From Chthonomonadales bacterium (GTDB lineage: Bacteria; Armatimonadota; Chthonomonadetes; Chthonomonadales; CAJBBX01): 61,880 nucleotides of DNA. The position numbers and the translations under genes are program-made. The notes beneath the pieces are model-generated. The model was not told the DNA's origin. It did no database searches and worked only from the letters and a program-made list of their open reading frames with translations. Shown in pieces: positions 61,401 through 61,880 of this stretch (position 1 is its first letter; every line of letters starts with the position of its first letter). The stretch is taken from NCBI GenBank assembly GCA_049967475.1, contig JBMFSQ010000016.1:1-61880 (forward strand). Reading direction: 5' to 3'.

Positions 61401-61880
61401 GCCGGGTGGCTGCCCTCCATCCGGACGACGCCTACGCATGGTTCCGCCTTGGTTATTGCTGCGAACAACTTGGGATGCTTCAGGAAGCGGCGGACGCCTA
61501 TGCTGCCGCAGCGCGAAGGGCTCCTGCCTCAGCCGAAATCCGGGTGAATTGGGGTCGTGTCCTCGGCGCAGCAGGCGAAGAAGCTGACGCCTTGGAGCGC
61601 TTCGCCGAGGCCATCCGTCTGGACCCGGCCTATGCCAACGGGTACTTCAGCGCCGCCGATCTCCTCTACCGGCTAGGAGCCTATGCGGAAGCAATCTCCA
61701 CACTCTATGCCGGACTGGAACGCGATCCCCACAACGCCCAAGGCTTCCTGGTGTTAGGGAACTGCTACTTCCGCACCGGGGAGCTTGCGGCGGCTGCTGC
61801 TGCCTACCGGCAAGCTTTGAGCCTGCAACCCAACCTTGCCGAAGCTGCCAATAACCTGCAGCTTGCCGAAGAGCGTCTAG
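58421..61880 (+). CDS. multidomain glycosyltransferase GT4-TPR-GT2-TPR (3' partial)
   Basis: Open frame from ATG 58421 to the window end (absent from the ORF track, apparently because it has no stop): MPLRIASERPGVVWHG, PWEFG, RKGIDIL, YRGEGFGLPIAEAMACG; LSVVMIVKDEE, VDTGSSD, DFSAARN, WIDADE, GRVHEQ; many TPRs. Confidence 0.9.
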   Translation, partial: MPLRIASERPGVVWHGAFFARHSLALVNRELVLALMEDARFDIGILHHGAQAMDPGEDVRFARLAAASKILPQYSAVTVRHFWPPDFTPPVKGRFVLIQPWEFGALPKVWVDALAKSVDEIWVPSLFVREEYLNSGVPGDKVTVVPNGVNTQRFHPGVLPMALPTSKSYKFLFVGGTIARKGIDILLDAYVRAFTARDDVALVIKDFGTHSFYAGQGAAGLIAAVKALPNAPEIVYLTDDLSEADLPSLYAACDCLVHPYRGEGFGLPIAEAMACGKPVVVTRYGAALDYANENNAFLVPAKVVRLAEKRVGDLETVDYPYWAEPDREAVAATLRRIYENPEEAKQVGARAARDVAAKLTWKEAAAVAARRLDALVSWSPARVHRRIAHDASDYEERKQTALRCARAGNWRSALEGIEDCLAERPEDWDLVNARGVALFRLGRTDEARTTLEDGLRRAPLPRDFHHNLAFVFLETGQPLQALQHALAALRFTPDAPEIRRMVERSRQAVVKALRRLRKAGELPVHGSAHVRRDAKRKRRRLSASHSCPMGQGLAEMQELVTAADAALAGSGEASPVAKPRPRLSVVMIVKDEERYLQECLQSVKDAADEIVVVDTGSSDRTVEIAKDFGAKVVHHEWTDDFSAARNVSLDHATGDWALWIDADERLAPNQVGLLRTLIAEAEPNVGGYMVNIRNVMQMRSDPEVCWHRACRLFRNLPTVRFTGRVHEQNMQALQSAGYVCAMSQLVLDHVGYAAEVMTERNKHERFIRMLRREVEENRDPAYRTFHLFNLANAYYTAGDLHAAIAWFEQADENPDPTEEYTAMLYVEWATALYATGRAEDALRVCERAESLGIRHPAIEFAKGHAYLHREQYALAEEAFAKAIERGRTGLFAHTGDTGAYGYKAWYGLALAATGRDRYEEAAGHCRTALAEMADFHDARYLLAHCLRKLGKAREAVEELQRVVAKAPDHDAANLELSELLYDAREFAQAFPVLRRVAALHPDDAYAWFRLGYCCEQLGMLQEAADAYAAAARRAPASAEIRVNWGRVLGAAGEEADALERFAEAIRLDPAYANGYFSAADLLYRLGAYAEAISTLYAGLERDPHNAQGFLVLGNCYFRTGELAAAAAAYRQALSLQPNLAEAANNLQLAEERL

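Noticed and set aside
61878..61880. Terminal TAG as the stop of the last glycosyltransferase
   Set aside because: It is out of frame; the reading frame (…CTT GCC GAA GAG CGT CTA G) continues past the window end.

Overview
GC-rich bacterial chromosomal segment carrying about 55 genes. The gene repertoire tentatively suggests Armatimonadota or a similar diderm; this is inference and unverified. Housekeeping genes include hpt, an RNase HI-family gene, anmK, proS, atpC-atpD (split from the rest of the atp operon), folD, nusB, dut, a proline dehydrogenase and tRNA-Asp(GTC). There are also transport and catabolic genes (MFS, sugar ABC, BtuCF-like), a multiheme cytochrome-TPR plus CRTAC1 pair, and a glycosylation cluster running off the right end. 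The most unusual element is a tightly coupled minus-strand three-gene operon at 42589-47382. It encodes an ECF-type sigma factor, a protein with an anti-sigma-like N-terminus plus an XRE-like HTH, and a fusion of an ImmA/IrrE HExxH metallopeptidase, a UvrD helicase and an Fe-S PD-(D/E)XK-like domain. This looks like a DNA-sensing proteolytic switch acting on a sigma factor (DNA-damage or anti-phage response), an architecture I do not recognise as described. No CRISPR array, integrase or transposase was seen. Start codons were adjusted by eye and no database searches were run.
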